Translations under genes and position numbers: made by a program
NCBI RefSeq assembly: GCF_004010195.1
Contig: NC_057718.1
Span: 69,773,213 to 69,837,212, forward strand
Origin: Chiloscyllium plagiosum
Lineage: Eukaryota
Length of the DNA: 64,000 nt
Direction: 5' to 3'
Part shown: piece by piece, positions 1-9,775 of the stretch
How the letters are laid out: the number at the start of each line of letters is the position of its first letter
Numbering within the stretch: the first letter of the stretch is position 1
Notes under the pieces: model-generated
Seen by the model: only the letters and a program-made list of their open reading frames with translations
The model's database searches: none
Told to the model about the DNA's origin: nothing

Positions 1-462
1 GGCTCCTATTAACCAAAAGTGCTCAGGCCCACAAGCAATCATAAGAATTTTGGGCATCATGGTGGCTCAGTGGTTAGCACTGCTGCCTCACAGCGCTAGG
101 GATCCAGGTTTAGTTCCAGCCTCAAGTGTTTGTCTGTGTGGAGTTTGCACATTCTCCCCATGTCTGGGTGGGTTTCCTCCCACAGTCCAAAAATGTACAA
201 GTCAGGTGAATTGGCCATGCTAAATTGTCGATAGTGTTAGGTGTGTGAATCAGAAGGAAATAGGTCTGGGTAGGTTACTCTTACTCTGGGAGGGTCAGTG
301 TGGGCTTGTTGGGCCAAAGGGCCTGTTTCCACACTGTAGGGAATCTAACCTAATCTAATTATTTGTTGCTTTTTCAACTGCCCCAATGTCATTTGCCCAG
401 ACAAAAAACATATTCTTTTCATATACAGGATTGAACTGGTCAAGCTTCCTAAATAAAGGCAT
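1..462 (-). mobile_element. Gypsy/Ty3 LTR retrotransposon gag N-terminus, decayed and interrupted by an HE1 SINE
   Basis: Minus-strand ATG at 462 reads MPLFRKLDQFNP, then a ...WANDIGA..EK segment; gag-like coding resumes at 1-50 beyond the SINE. Lies just downstream of the LTR end and a PBS-like TGGTGACGA. Confidence 0.65.
52..358 (+). mobile_element. HE1-type tRNA-derived SINE (elasmobranch)
   Basis: A-box GGTGGCTCAGTGG head, core TGTGTGGAGTTTGCACATTCTCCCC, CR1-like 3' end GGGCCTGTTTCCACACTGT plus (CTAAT)n tail; about ten related copies in the window. Confidence 0.85.
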
Positions 463-535
463 GATCCTAGAAAGGCTTACCACTACTCAAAGATGACTTT
501 TGCAAGCAAAATGTCTAGGAGTGTACAGTTTTATT

Positions 536-545
536 TCGTCACCAC
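536..545 (-). promoter_or_regulatory. Primer-binding-site-like motif of the Gypsy element
   Basis: Minus strand ...TTATTTCA|GTGGTGACGA directly after the LTR terminal CA; same junction on the plus strand near 48883 (TTATTTCAGTGGTGACAA). Confidence 0.55.
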
Positions 546-667
546 TGAAATAACTCCATGAAGGCCGGTATCCCATCACCAAGTCACCCTTAATTTATAT
601 TTGCTCAGTACATGTAGCTGGCTCAGAGCCAATCCCGAGAGTGAACGTAAACTCTGACACTCCTGTT

Positions 668-765
668 TATTTATTTTTTTCTTTTCTTTTTCTTTCAGTT
701 TCTACCACTAGGAAGAAAAGAAACACTCAAGTGGCCAGTGACAAGCAATGCCCTTCACATCAAAA
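668..765 (-). mobile_element. Tx1-clade LINE 3' UTR fragment (array unit 1, more diverged)
   Basis: Matches the 3' UTR at about 59160-59235 (GTGGCCAGTGACAAGCA..GCCCTTCACATCAAA), with a poly(A) tail. Confidence 0.8.
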
Positions 766-775
766 CACTCCTGGT

Positions 776-1094
776 TTTTTTTGTTTGTTTTTTTCTCTTC
801 TTTTTTTCAACAGGCCCTTCGGCCCAACAAGTCCACACTGACCCTTCGAAGAGTAACCCACCCAGACTCCTTTCCCTCTCACTAATGCACCGAACACCAT
901 GGGCAATTTAGCATAGCCAATTCACCTGACCTGCTCATCTTTGGACTGTGGGAGGAAACCGGAGCACCCGGAGGAAACCCACGCAGACACGGGGAGAATG
1001 TGCAAACTCTACACAGTCACCAGAGGCTGGAATCGAACCTGGGACCCTGGTGCTGTGAGGCAGCAGTGCTGACCACTGAGCCACCATGCTGCCC
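776..1094 (-). mobile_element. HE1 SINE with intact 5' end, truncated 3' tail and an atypical poly(A) tail (array unit 2)
   Basis: SINE body 809-1094 ends at GGGCCTGTT and is followed by about 32 nt of A-rich tail; flanked by target motifs at 766 and 1098. Confidence 0.85.
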
Positions 1095-1107
1095 TCACAC
1101 TCCTGTT

Positions 1108-1460
1108 AATTTTTAAAAATTTTTTGCTATACCAATTTCCATTTAATTAGTAGTAAGAAAAAGACTGAGGAATTAGTGACAGCTATTGCGTTTTCATACA
1201 GAAGGCACAGAATATCCCATATGACAGGGAATCACAGATTGCAGTCAGTTCAGTCACTCTCCCCCCACGGTGAGCCTGTCAAACAGGTACTCTCCCAGGC
1301 CATTCTCAGGGGCTCCCAATCTCTTCAGGTTGGTGATATGATCTCCCAGATTCTTGATCATCTTCACTTGCTTATCCAGGTAGTGTCCCTCCAGGAAGTC
1401 ACAAAGATGAGGGTCCATGTGGTCAGAGGAGAATTTGTGCAGATCCAGCAGACTCTAGTT
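1108..1460 (-). pseudogene. 5'-truncated processed ferritin (heavy/middle-chain type) pseudogene
   Basis: 1460->1254 translates [67 protein letters not shown], the ferritin C-terminus. No intron at DPH|LCDF; in-frame TAG at the conserved Gln; likely +1 G near the end (ancestral -GESD*). 3' UTR has ATTAAA at 1142-1147 and an A-rich tail at about 1108-1125. Confidence 0.93.
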
Positions 1461-1471
1461 ACACTCCTGTT

Positions 1472-3225
1472 TTTTTTTGCGGGTGTGAGACACAGTGAGA
1501 GACACAAGGTGTATGAATCTTTATTCAATTTCCACCACCAGGAAGATACACTCCTGTTTTTTTTTCTTCTTATTTTTTAACCCCCACACTACCGCCTAAC
1601 TGTGGTAGTGCTTATTTTTTCCCCAGCACCCATGGTGTGCGTGTGCAGGTGTGAGACACAGTGAGAGACACAAGGTGCATGAATCTTTATTCAATTTCCA
1701 CCACCAGGAAGATAGGAAAACACCCGGGTGGCCAGTGACAAGCACTCCCCTTCACATCAAAGGGCAGTGCTGTGTGATCAAACAGTGAGGGGGAGGGTAG
1801 GGACTAAATCAAAATAGAGTTGGAGGGAGAAATAATGCACTCCACTCCCTGCGGCGCCCACCTCTCCCTGAACAACTCCAGGGTGTTGGTGGACACCCCA
1901 TGCTCCTTCTCCAAGGACACCCGGGCCCTAACGTAACTGCGGAAGAGGGGCAGGCAGTCGGCACTAACGACCCCCTATCACTCCTGTTTATTTTTTAAAA
2001 TTTTTTTTCTTTTTCTTTTTCTTTCTTTTTTTTTCTACGAATCTTTATTCAAATTCCACTCCTATTTTTTTCTTTTCTTTTTATTGTGTATACGTATGAA
2101 ACACAGTGAAAGACACAAAGTGCACGAATTTTTTTATTCAATTTCCACCACCAGGAAGATAGGAAAACACCCGGGTGGCCAGTGACAAACACTGCCCTTC
2201 TCATCAAAGGACAGTGCTGTGTGATCAAAACAGTGAAAGGGAGGGTAGGGACTAAATCAAAATAGAGTTGGAGGAGAAATAATGCACTCCACTCCCTGCG
2301 GCGCCCACCTCTCCCTGAACAACTCCAGGGTGTTGGTCGACACCGCGTGCTCCTTCTCCAAGGACACCCGGGCCCTAACGTAACCGCGGAAGAGGGGCAG
2401 GCAGTCGGCCCTAACGAACTCCTATCACTCCTGTTTATTTGTTTTTTTTATTTTTTAATTTTTTTTTTCTTTTTTTTATATATATTTTTTTTCTTTTACA
2501 AAGTGCACGAATCTTTATTCAAATTCCACCACCAGGAAGATAGGAAAACACCCGGGTGGCCAGTGACAAACACTGCCCTTCACATCAAAGGGCAGTGCTG
2601 TGTGATCAAAACAGTGAAGGGGAGGGTAGGGACTAAATCAAAATAGAGTTGGAGGGAGAAATAATGCACTGCACTCCCTGCGGCGCCCACCTCTCCCTGA
2701 ACAGCTCCAGGGTGTTGGTCGACACCGCGTGCTCCTTCTCCAAGACACCCGGGCCCTAACGTAACTGCGGAAGAGGGGCAGGCAGTCGGCCCTAACGACC
2801 CCCTATCACTCCTGTTTATTTTTTTTTACTTTTTTTTCCTTTTTTACATTTTTTTTCCTTTTTTTTCTTTTTTTTTAAACCCCCACACTACCACCTAAGT
2901 GCGGTAGTGTTTATTTTTTTCCCAGCACCCATGGTGTGTGTGTGCAGGTGTGAGACACAGTGAAAGACACAAAGTGCACGAATCTTTATTCAGTTTCCAC
3001 CACCAGGAAGACAGGAAAACACCCGGGTGGCCAGTGACAAGCACTGCCCTTCACATCAAGGGACAGTGCTGTGTGATCAAAACAGTGAAGGGGAGGGTAG
3101 GGACTAAATCAAAATAGAATTGGAGGGAGAAATGATGCACTCCACTCCCTGCGGCGCCCACCTCTCCCTGAACAACTCCAGGGTGTTGGTCGACACCGCG
3201 TGCTCCTTCTCCAAGGACACCCGGG
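1472..3225 (-). mobile_element. Six 5'-truncated Tx1-clade LINE copies (1472-1548, 1559-1978, 1989-2056, 2067-2425, 2436-2806, 2817-3225)
   Basis: The longer units encode the ORF2 C-terminus (..DCLPLFRxYVRARVSLEKEHAVSTNTLELFRERWAPQGVECIISPSNSILI*) plus 3' UTR, matching 59046-59770. Confidence 0.85.
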
Positions 3226-3742
3226 AGCCGCTGTGTTTATGTGGTGAGTCTCGTTGAGTTACTGGTCAATGATAACCCCAAAAAGTCCGTGATAGTAACA
3301 CCATTAAATGTCAAGGGGAGGCACTGCAGCTAAATCTGGGGCCATCAACAAAACAAGAGACACCTGCTGAGGAGAAACCCACATCCAAAAGGACGTTAAT
3401 TGCCAGGCGCTGGGTGAAGGGGTACACTCTCAGAGATCTGCTTGCTCAGCAGCATGCAGCATATTCTGAGGCGATGGTGGAAGTTTGAGAGTGAGTCGTG
3501 TATTTACTCAAGCGGGGGTTTCTGCGGCACTGTGTGGAGGTTTAAATCAGTTACCAATTCCTGTTCCATTTCTTGTTTCATGATTGCTTACACACAACAA
3601 ACTAAACTGCCGACTGATACAATCCAGGCAGATTGAATTTATGTTTGAAGCATAAACCCTAAAAAGCACAATGATAAAGCCCGCTCTGTGTCATACATTA
3701 GACAATACCGTTACATACAAAAGTGCAGACAACATTCCTGTT

Positions 3743-4004
3743 TATTTTTTTTTTTTTTATTTTATTAAACAAGTTACAAAACAATTTACAAAAAACATTG
3801 ACAGCTGTACACAAAAGACAGCAGTTTTACAAGGGAGGGGAGCAGCAAAGCTAGGCCCCGAACCCTACCGTTCAACCATTTTACAGGGAGAGGAGGACAA
3901 ACCTCAAATCCCAGTTCCACATATGACAAGACAGTGACAATGACATTTGTACATTAGACAATACCGTTACATACAAAAGTGCAGACAATACAAACCCAGC
4001 AAGT
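3743..4004 (-). mobile_element. Second poly(A)-tailed 3'-end family ('family B'), probably a LINE 3' UTR
   Basis: Ends AATAAAATAAAA(A)n on the minus strand; related copy at about 60630-60856 and a short piece at 3694-3732. Confidence 0.6.
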
Positions 4005-4364
4005 CACTCCTGTTTATATTTGTTGGCCAAGGCTCCCTGATTGGCCCAGACCCAGTCCTAATCATACTCAATGAGATCCACCTGGCCAACCTCATGTCAA
4101 TCACTACAGATGACATTGTCATCCATAAACTAAAGTTCCACAAGTGATGCCAGTGTCATTTTCTTCTTGGATTTCAACCAGTTGAGGTTGAAAAGTTTTC
4201 TGCCCATCCTGTGGACAATTTCCACATACTGGGAAACTTGTTTTTGACGAGAAGAAAAATAGTGGCAATGAAAATGGAGAAAAGGGTGGGGTCATGATAT
4301 TTCTGTGCTTTATCCCTGTCTTGACCTCAAAGGATTCTGTAATATTACCGTCTTTAACATTGTA

Positions 4365-4715
4365 TAGAAATTTATAAAATCATGAGGTGCACAGATAGGG
4401 TGAGGAGAAAGGGCAGAGGAGTCTAAAACTAGAGTGCATAAGTTTAAGGTAAGGGAGCAAGATTTAAAAAGAACCTGATGGCAACTTTTTCATGCAGAGG
4501 GTAATGAGTGTATGCAATGAGCTGCCAGCAGAAATGGTGGACGTTGGTACAATTACAACATTTAGCTGGCACCTGGATGGGTACATGAAAAGGAAGGTTA
4601 TTAGAGGGATATGGGCCAAATGCTGTCAAGTGGGACTAGATTTATTTAGGATATCTAGTCAGCATGGATTAGTTGGACCAAAGGGTCTGTTTCTATGCTG
4701 TACTTCTCTATGACT
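4365..4715 (+). mobile_element. CR1/HER1-type LINE 3' end
   Basis: ORF2 end RVMSVCNELPAEMVDVGTITTF..HLDGYM, and 3' UTR ending CTCTATGACT. Confidence 0.8.
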
Positions 4716-4719
4716 TTAC

Positions 4720-5990
4720 CATCTTGTTGTGGTGGAGATATGAGATGTTCATGAATTTCACTGGACAGCTGATCTTTGATAGCATTTTCTATCAAGCTTC
4801 CAAATTGTGTGAGTCAAAGCCTTGGTTAAGTTGATGAAAGCCATGTAGAGTGGTTGGGGTTGTCCCTGGCATTTTTCTTGGAGTTGTTGAGTAGTGAAAA
4901 TTATGTCCATTGTTCTACAGTCTGGTTGGAAATAATACCGGCTTTCAGGAAGTATTTCCTCTGAGTCTGGGAGAAGGCACTTAGCAAGGATTCAGCCAAT
5001 GTAGAGTAGAGGGATTCCTCAGTAGTTTCCATGTTCCATTTGATTCCCCTTTTGAAGATAGTGGTGATGGCAGCATCCCTGAAATTGATAGGGATTTCTT
5101 CATTGTCCCAAATTTTCAGCAACAGTTGTTGGAGAAGACTGATAATATCTCCGCCTGCCAGTTTGAAAATCTCCTCTGGAATCTAGCCTACTCCTGCAGC
5201 TTTTCCATTCTTCATTTGTCGAATGGAGGATTCAGCTTCTGCCACACTCAGTGGGATTCCAAGGTCACCTTTGACTGGGGGGAGGATTTCCTCAATACCA
5301 TTTCCAAAAGTATTCTCTCTATTGGAAGCTTATTTTTTTTCTCTGTCTCTCAAAAGGATGCTTCCTTACTCTTCACCAATTTGAGGCCAAATATATTAAG
5401 TCTGTATATTGCCTTGGTAGCACTGAAGAAACCCCAGGTGCTATGCTTGTCAGCAAGGAGTTGCAGCTCTTAGCTTTCTCTGTTCACCACTGGTTCTTGA
5501 TTTCCCTAGTTCTTTTGTGTAACTCTACCTTTCTACTTTGAGTTCTCCTCTTTGTCTCATTGGTGGTGGTGTTTTGCCAGGCACAGAGAGCTGTCCTCTT
5601 TTTTTCTGAGGTCTTGATAAGTTCAGTCTTGGTCTTGGTGTTTCCTGGTCTTGTTACAGCATAAGATGATGGTTGTTTTTATCTCTTTCCAGATTTTCTT
5701 CACTTTAATAAAATGAACTCTGTGGAAACTTTGGTGAAGATATTCTTGGAAGCTCGCTAGTTTGCATGGCTCTTGAAGCCATTCAATCTGAGCTTTTATC
5801 TGAACCGTTTCTTCATCTTCAACTGCCTTTGTTAGCATTTGATGGACATTGAGGAGCAGATGAGCCAATGTAACTGTCCAGTCGTCCAGTTTCTCTATCA
5901 ACTTAGTGTCAACACATTCCATCCAAACTTTATCCATCACTCTGCCCTTACACCTATAATGGCAACACACCCAGCGTTCACTCATGACAG
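4720..5990 (-). mobile_element. Decayed RTE-like LINE (RT N-terminal region and upstream linker)
   Basis: KIWDNEEIPINFRDAAITTIFKRG motif and nearby AFINLTKA(FD); many stops and frameshifts. Confidence 0.6.
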
Positions 5991-6724
5991 ACCTCAGGAC
6001 ATGTGCTGAGATAAAATTATATCAATTTCCAAGTGTCTGTTGTGAACTTGACTCTCCTTAAAAAGAAAACATTCATACTTTGGGGAAAGAAAAGCATTCA
6101 ATACATTTAATTTTCTTGAACTCCACATTATCTTTTAACCACAGGCATTTAATTCAAATGCATAATGCTTTGAGTTGCAAATCACAATTCACTTTAAAGA
6201 GTCTACCATTAAGAGCTGTAAACCGATATATGAAAAACAGGCACCATACTGTGGTGATGTTTGGTTATGAAATTATGTAGTATCAATATAGCAATGACAG
6301 CCCTCAGGTTTACTTCAACAGACAAAATGTAAAAGCAAGCAGTGACTATTTTCAAACACTCCAAATGTATTTTCAAAAATTTGAAGAGCTAAAATTTTAA
6401 ATCCATTGTCACTTTTGCAATTTCCTTTTGACAGGTTCAATGCATAGCACAGTTTAAAACATTAATGTCTACTTAATGACCTTCCACAAAAACCACTTGA
6501 ATTCTCTTAAAACCACTTGAATTCTCTCAGGTTCAAATTCAAAAGGGTATTTTTTTATTCTCCAAAAGGACACCCTGGCTATTCAAACTGATTTGGAAAA
6601 TTCAGAGCTGCTGCTATGAGATCTAATCTATTTACTTGTTGTTTTAGGTAACCAGGTTTCCAGAATCACACAGGAGTGAAGGCAGTGGCTGATTTGTATC
6701 TGGCAGTAGGCACTATGTACCAGA

Positions 6725-7195
6725 AATAACACTTGAAAAGATTCAGAAAAGATTTATACGGATGTTGCCAGGGTTGGAGGATTTGAGCTATAGGGAGAAG
6801 TTGATTAGGCTGGGGCTGTTTTCCCTGGAGCTTCAGAGGCTGAACGGTGACCTTATAGAAGTTTATAAAATCATGAGAGGCATGGATAGGGTAAATAGAC
6901 AAGGTATTTTCCCTGGGGTGGGGGAGTCCAGAACTGGAAGGCATACGTTTAAAGTGAGAGGGGAAAGATATAAAAGAGACCTAAGGGGCAACGTTTTCAC
7001 ACAGAGGGTGGTATGTGTGGAATGGGCTGCCAGAGGAAGTGGTGGAGGCTAGTACAATTGCAACAATTATATGAATAGCAAGGGTTTAGAGGGATATGGC
7101 CTGGGTGCTGGTAGGTGGGACTAGATTGGGTTAGGATATCTGGTTGGCATGGATGAGTTGTACTGTACATCTCTATGACCCTATGACTCTGTGAC
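6725..7195 (+). mobile_element. CR1/HER1 LINE 3' fragment
   Basis: MLPGLEDLSYREKLIRLGLFSLELQRLNGDLIEVYKIMRG; (CTATGAC)n tail. Confidence 0.88.
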
Positions 7196-7529
7196 ACTCT
7201 TATTAAAACCCCTATGTAAACAGCAAATATCGCATTCAGAGATGAAACTTTGACCACACCTGTATTTAGTGTACTGCATAGACTTCAGTAATGATCAATC
7301 ACTCACTTGACATTCATTTTTCATACACCTCATGTATAGTTCAATCATGATTTTCAGGTGTACCTGATAGAAACCTACTGTAATACACCAGTGATGGTGT
7401 CTGTTCAACTCTTTGTGTCTGCATAAGTACTTTTGACTCCTCTCGTGACATGTTTGGGGCATGTTTAGTGGAAAAGATTGATTTGGCAAGTCTGCAATAC
7501 AGACGTAATGTAACACTAAAATCAAAGAG

Positions 7530-9775
7530 ATGCATATGCTGAAAATCTGAAACAAAAACAGGAAGTGTTGGAGAAACTCAGCAGATCTGACAGTGTTTAT
7601 ACAGAAAGAGAAACAGAGATAAGTCCAGTGACCCTTTGTCAGAACTGGAAATAGCTGGCAGACCGTGATATTATGATGACAACAGAGTGGGGAGAAGGGG
7701 TTAGTGACAATCAATGAAGTACATGGAGACAGTTCCCAGATAGAGAGACAGAGAGAAAAAGAGAAAAATGATAGGCAAACAAAGAGATTGTTGGTGATAA
7801 GCTGACAGAGAGATTAATGCAGTGGAGGCTGCAAATGAGTTAGCTGTGCTGGAAGCAATACATAAAAACCAAGACCTAAGGGTGTTGGGAGGGAGGCTAA
7901 TGAACCTGGAGCAGGGTGTTCACATTCTGAAATAGTCCTGAAAGGTGGAAGGACCTCAGCGAAAGATGACATGTTGTTCTCCAGCTTGCATTGAGCCTCA
8001 CTGGAGCACTGAAACAGGCCTTAGACAGAACTGTTGACATGGGAACACTGTTTTGTTGAAGTGGAAGGCAACTGGAAGTTAGGGTCATTTTTACAGACAA
8101 AGTGTAGGTGCTCAGCAAAGTGGTCAATCAGATTGTGTTTTATCTCCCTCGTGTACAGCAGGCCACATTGTGAGCAGCAAATACCGTAGACTAGATTGAA
8201 TGAAGTGCAGATAAATTGCTGCTTCACTTGGAAGTTTTTTATGGGTCCTTACAACATGGGGTAAACCCCTCTGCTAATTTAAAATAGCAACACAGAAAAG
8301 ATTCACACCATGCTGTAAGCTGTTAAAATTCAAGAGGCAAAGAACTATCCCGACAGTCATTATGTAAAGTAAAAATTATCAACTTTATCTTTTTTAAGTC
8401 TAACAGAGAATAATTAACTAACAACTATTTACAACTCATTTCTCTAAATCTATCTTTTACCTTCCCCTCTACAATACTGGTCTGATAGAAAAAAATCCTG
8501 ATTACAATTTTTAAAAAAAATCATGTTTCAAAATCAGTCAGCTTAGCCGAGTGTCCTCTGTAGATTTTCCTCTGTCTTCTTTTCTTCTTCTTAGGGATCC
8601 TGCCTCACAGATAGATAAAGGTACCTTTAAGAGAGCAGTTCAAACTGTGTGACATTTATACACCAAAACATTGGATTGCTTCATTGGTTAATATTGTCAA
8701 AATACGAAACTCAAACTTGATTGGAGATTGGTGTCTTGAGGTATAATTTAAACTGATTGATTTATTTTTGTGTCCAGGCAACACATCTCTTAGCTAGTTG
8801 TTGGACCAAATGTTGCAATGTTACTTTGTTCAGAAAACTGTGCTAGCCAGATATTTCACTCCCTTAAAGGTACAGTACACCCACAACTTCATAACAATAG
8901 TGAGGAGAGAGTAAGTAAACAGATAAATGTTATATTTTCTGTGATTGCATGGAAAGGTGCCATGGCCATGTGGAGAGGTGCTCAGAGTGGAGGAGAAGTG
9001 GATCAGGGTGTCCTGGAGAAGGCAGTTCCTATGGAATGCTGACAAGGGAGGTGAGGGGATTATGTATCTGTTGGTGGCATCCCACTAGAGGTGGTAGAAA
9101 TAGTGGCTTATGATCCTTTGGACATGGAAAGCTGGTAGGATGGAAATTGAGGACTGGAGGACCCGGTCATGTTATAGGAGGGAACAGGTTGAGGGTAGAA
9201 GTACCGAAAATGGCTCATATATAGCTAAGGACCATGTGAACCACAATGATGGGTAATCCATGGCTTAGGAAAAAGTTGAACATTTCAGAGGCTGTCTGCT
9301 AAAAATGACATTATGAGAACAGATGTGACATAGACAGAGAAACTGGAAGAATGGAATGGAGTCCTTACAGAGTGCAAGAATATATCATCAATATGAATGT
9401 GGGAGTTAACGGGATTGGATTGAATATCGGTGACCAGCATATCCCCAGAAATGAAAACACAGATGTCAAGGAAGGAAAAGGATGAGTGAAAAATGGACCA
9501 GATGAAGGTGAGAGTGGGCAAAAATTGATTAAATCTTCCAGTTCTGGACAAGAAAGAGTGCAGCTTCAGTTAGATCATTGATGAGACAGTGACAGAGCAA
9601 AGTATGATTGCAACAAGGAATGTTTTATGAAAACTCCCAAAAAGACAGACATAACTGGGACCCATGTAGGTAGCCTTGGCTAAAACTTTGATCTGAAGAA
9701 AGTGCAAGGAGTCAAAGGTGAAGTTGTTCAGAATGAGGATGAACTTCATCAGGCAGAGGAGAGTGGTAGCCCTCT
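7530..9775 (-). mobile_element. Decayed Penelope-like element (RT plus GIY-YIG), interrupted at about 8250-8896
   Basis: FICTSFNLVYGICCSQCGLLYTREIKHNLIDHFAEHL (GIY-YIG-like) and FSFLDICVFISGD (PLE RT-like). Confidence 0.7.
8250..8896. mobile_element. Solo-LTR-like insertion within the Penelope-like relic
   Basis: About 650 bp block splitting colinear PLE sequence and ending CATAACA; no clear TSD seen. Confidence 0.35.

Larger units (their letters stand above)
658..4014 (-). repeat. Tandem array of retro-insertions separated by the duplicated target motif CACTCCTGTT(TAT)
   Basis: Motif copies start at 658, 766, 1098, 1462, 1549, 1979, 2057, 2426, 2807, 3733 and 4005 (766, 2057 and 3733 have one mismatch). 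All but the last are followed by a T-rich tract, i.e. a minus-strand poly(A) tail. Confidence 0.9.
546..4108 (-). mobile_element. Gypsy 5' LTR split into 546-667 and 4005-4108 by stacked insertions
   Basis: The two halves align colinearly with the uninterrupted copy at 17501-17736. Minus-strand termini are TGTAGTGATTG and TTATTTCA. Confidence 0.85.

Noticed and set aside
52..130. tRNA genes at SINE heads (also 23331, 40912, 49677)
   Set aside because: tRNA-derived promoters continue into the HE1 SINE body; they are not stand-alone tRNAs.
1254..1460. Functional ferritin exon
   Set aside because: In-frame stop, probable frameshift, fused exons, no splice acceptor, and bounded by a poly(A) tail and TSDs.
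1176..1580. 134-aa plus-strand ORF
   Set aside because: Antisense shadow of the ferritin retrocopy running into poly(T) tracts.
658..4014. CRISPR array
   Set aside because: Eukaryotic context, 10-13 bp repeats, spacers of very unequal length with poly(A) tails and no cas genes; the repeats are better explained as TSDs.
6490..6528. Direct repeat AAAACCACTTGAATTCTC twice
   Set aside because: Simple local slippage duplication with no further structure.
6400..6730. Splice-acceptor-like sites (TTTTGACAG, TTTTTAG)
   Set aside because: No paired donor or recognisable coding sequence.
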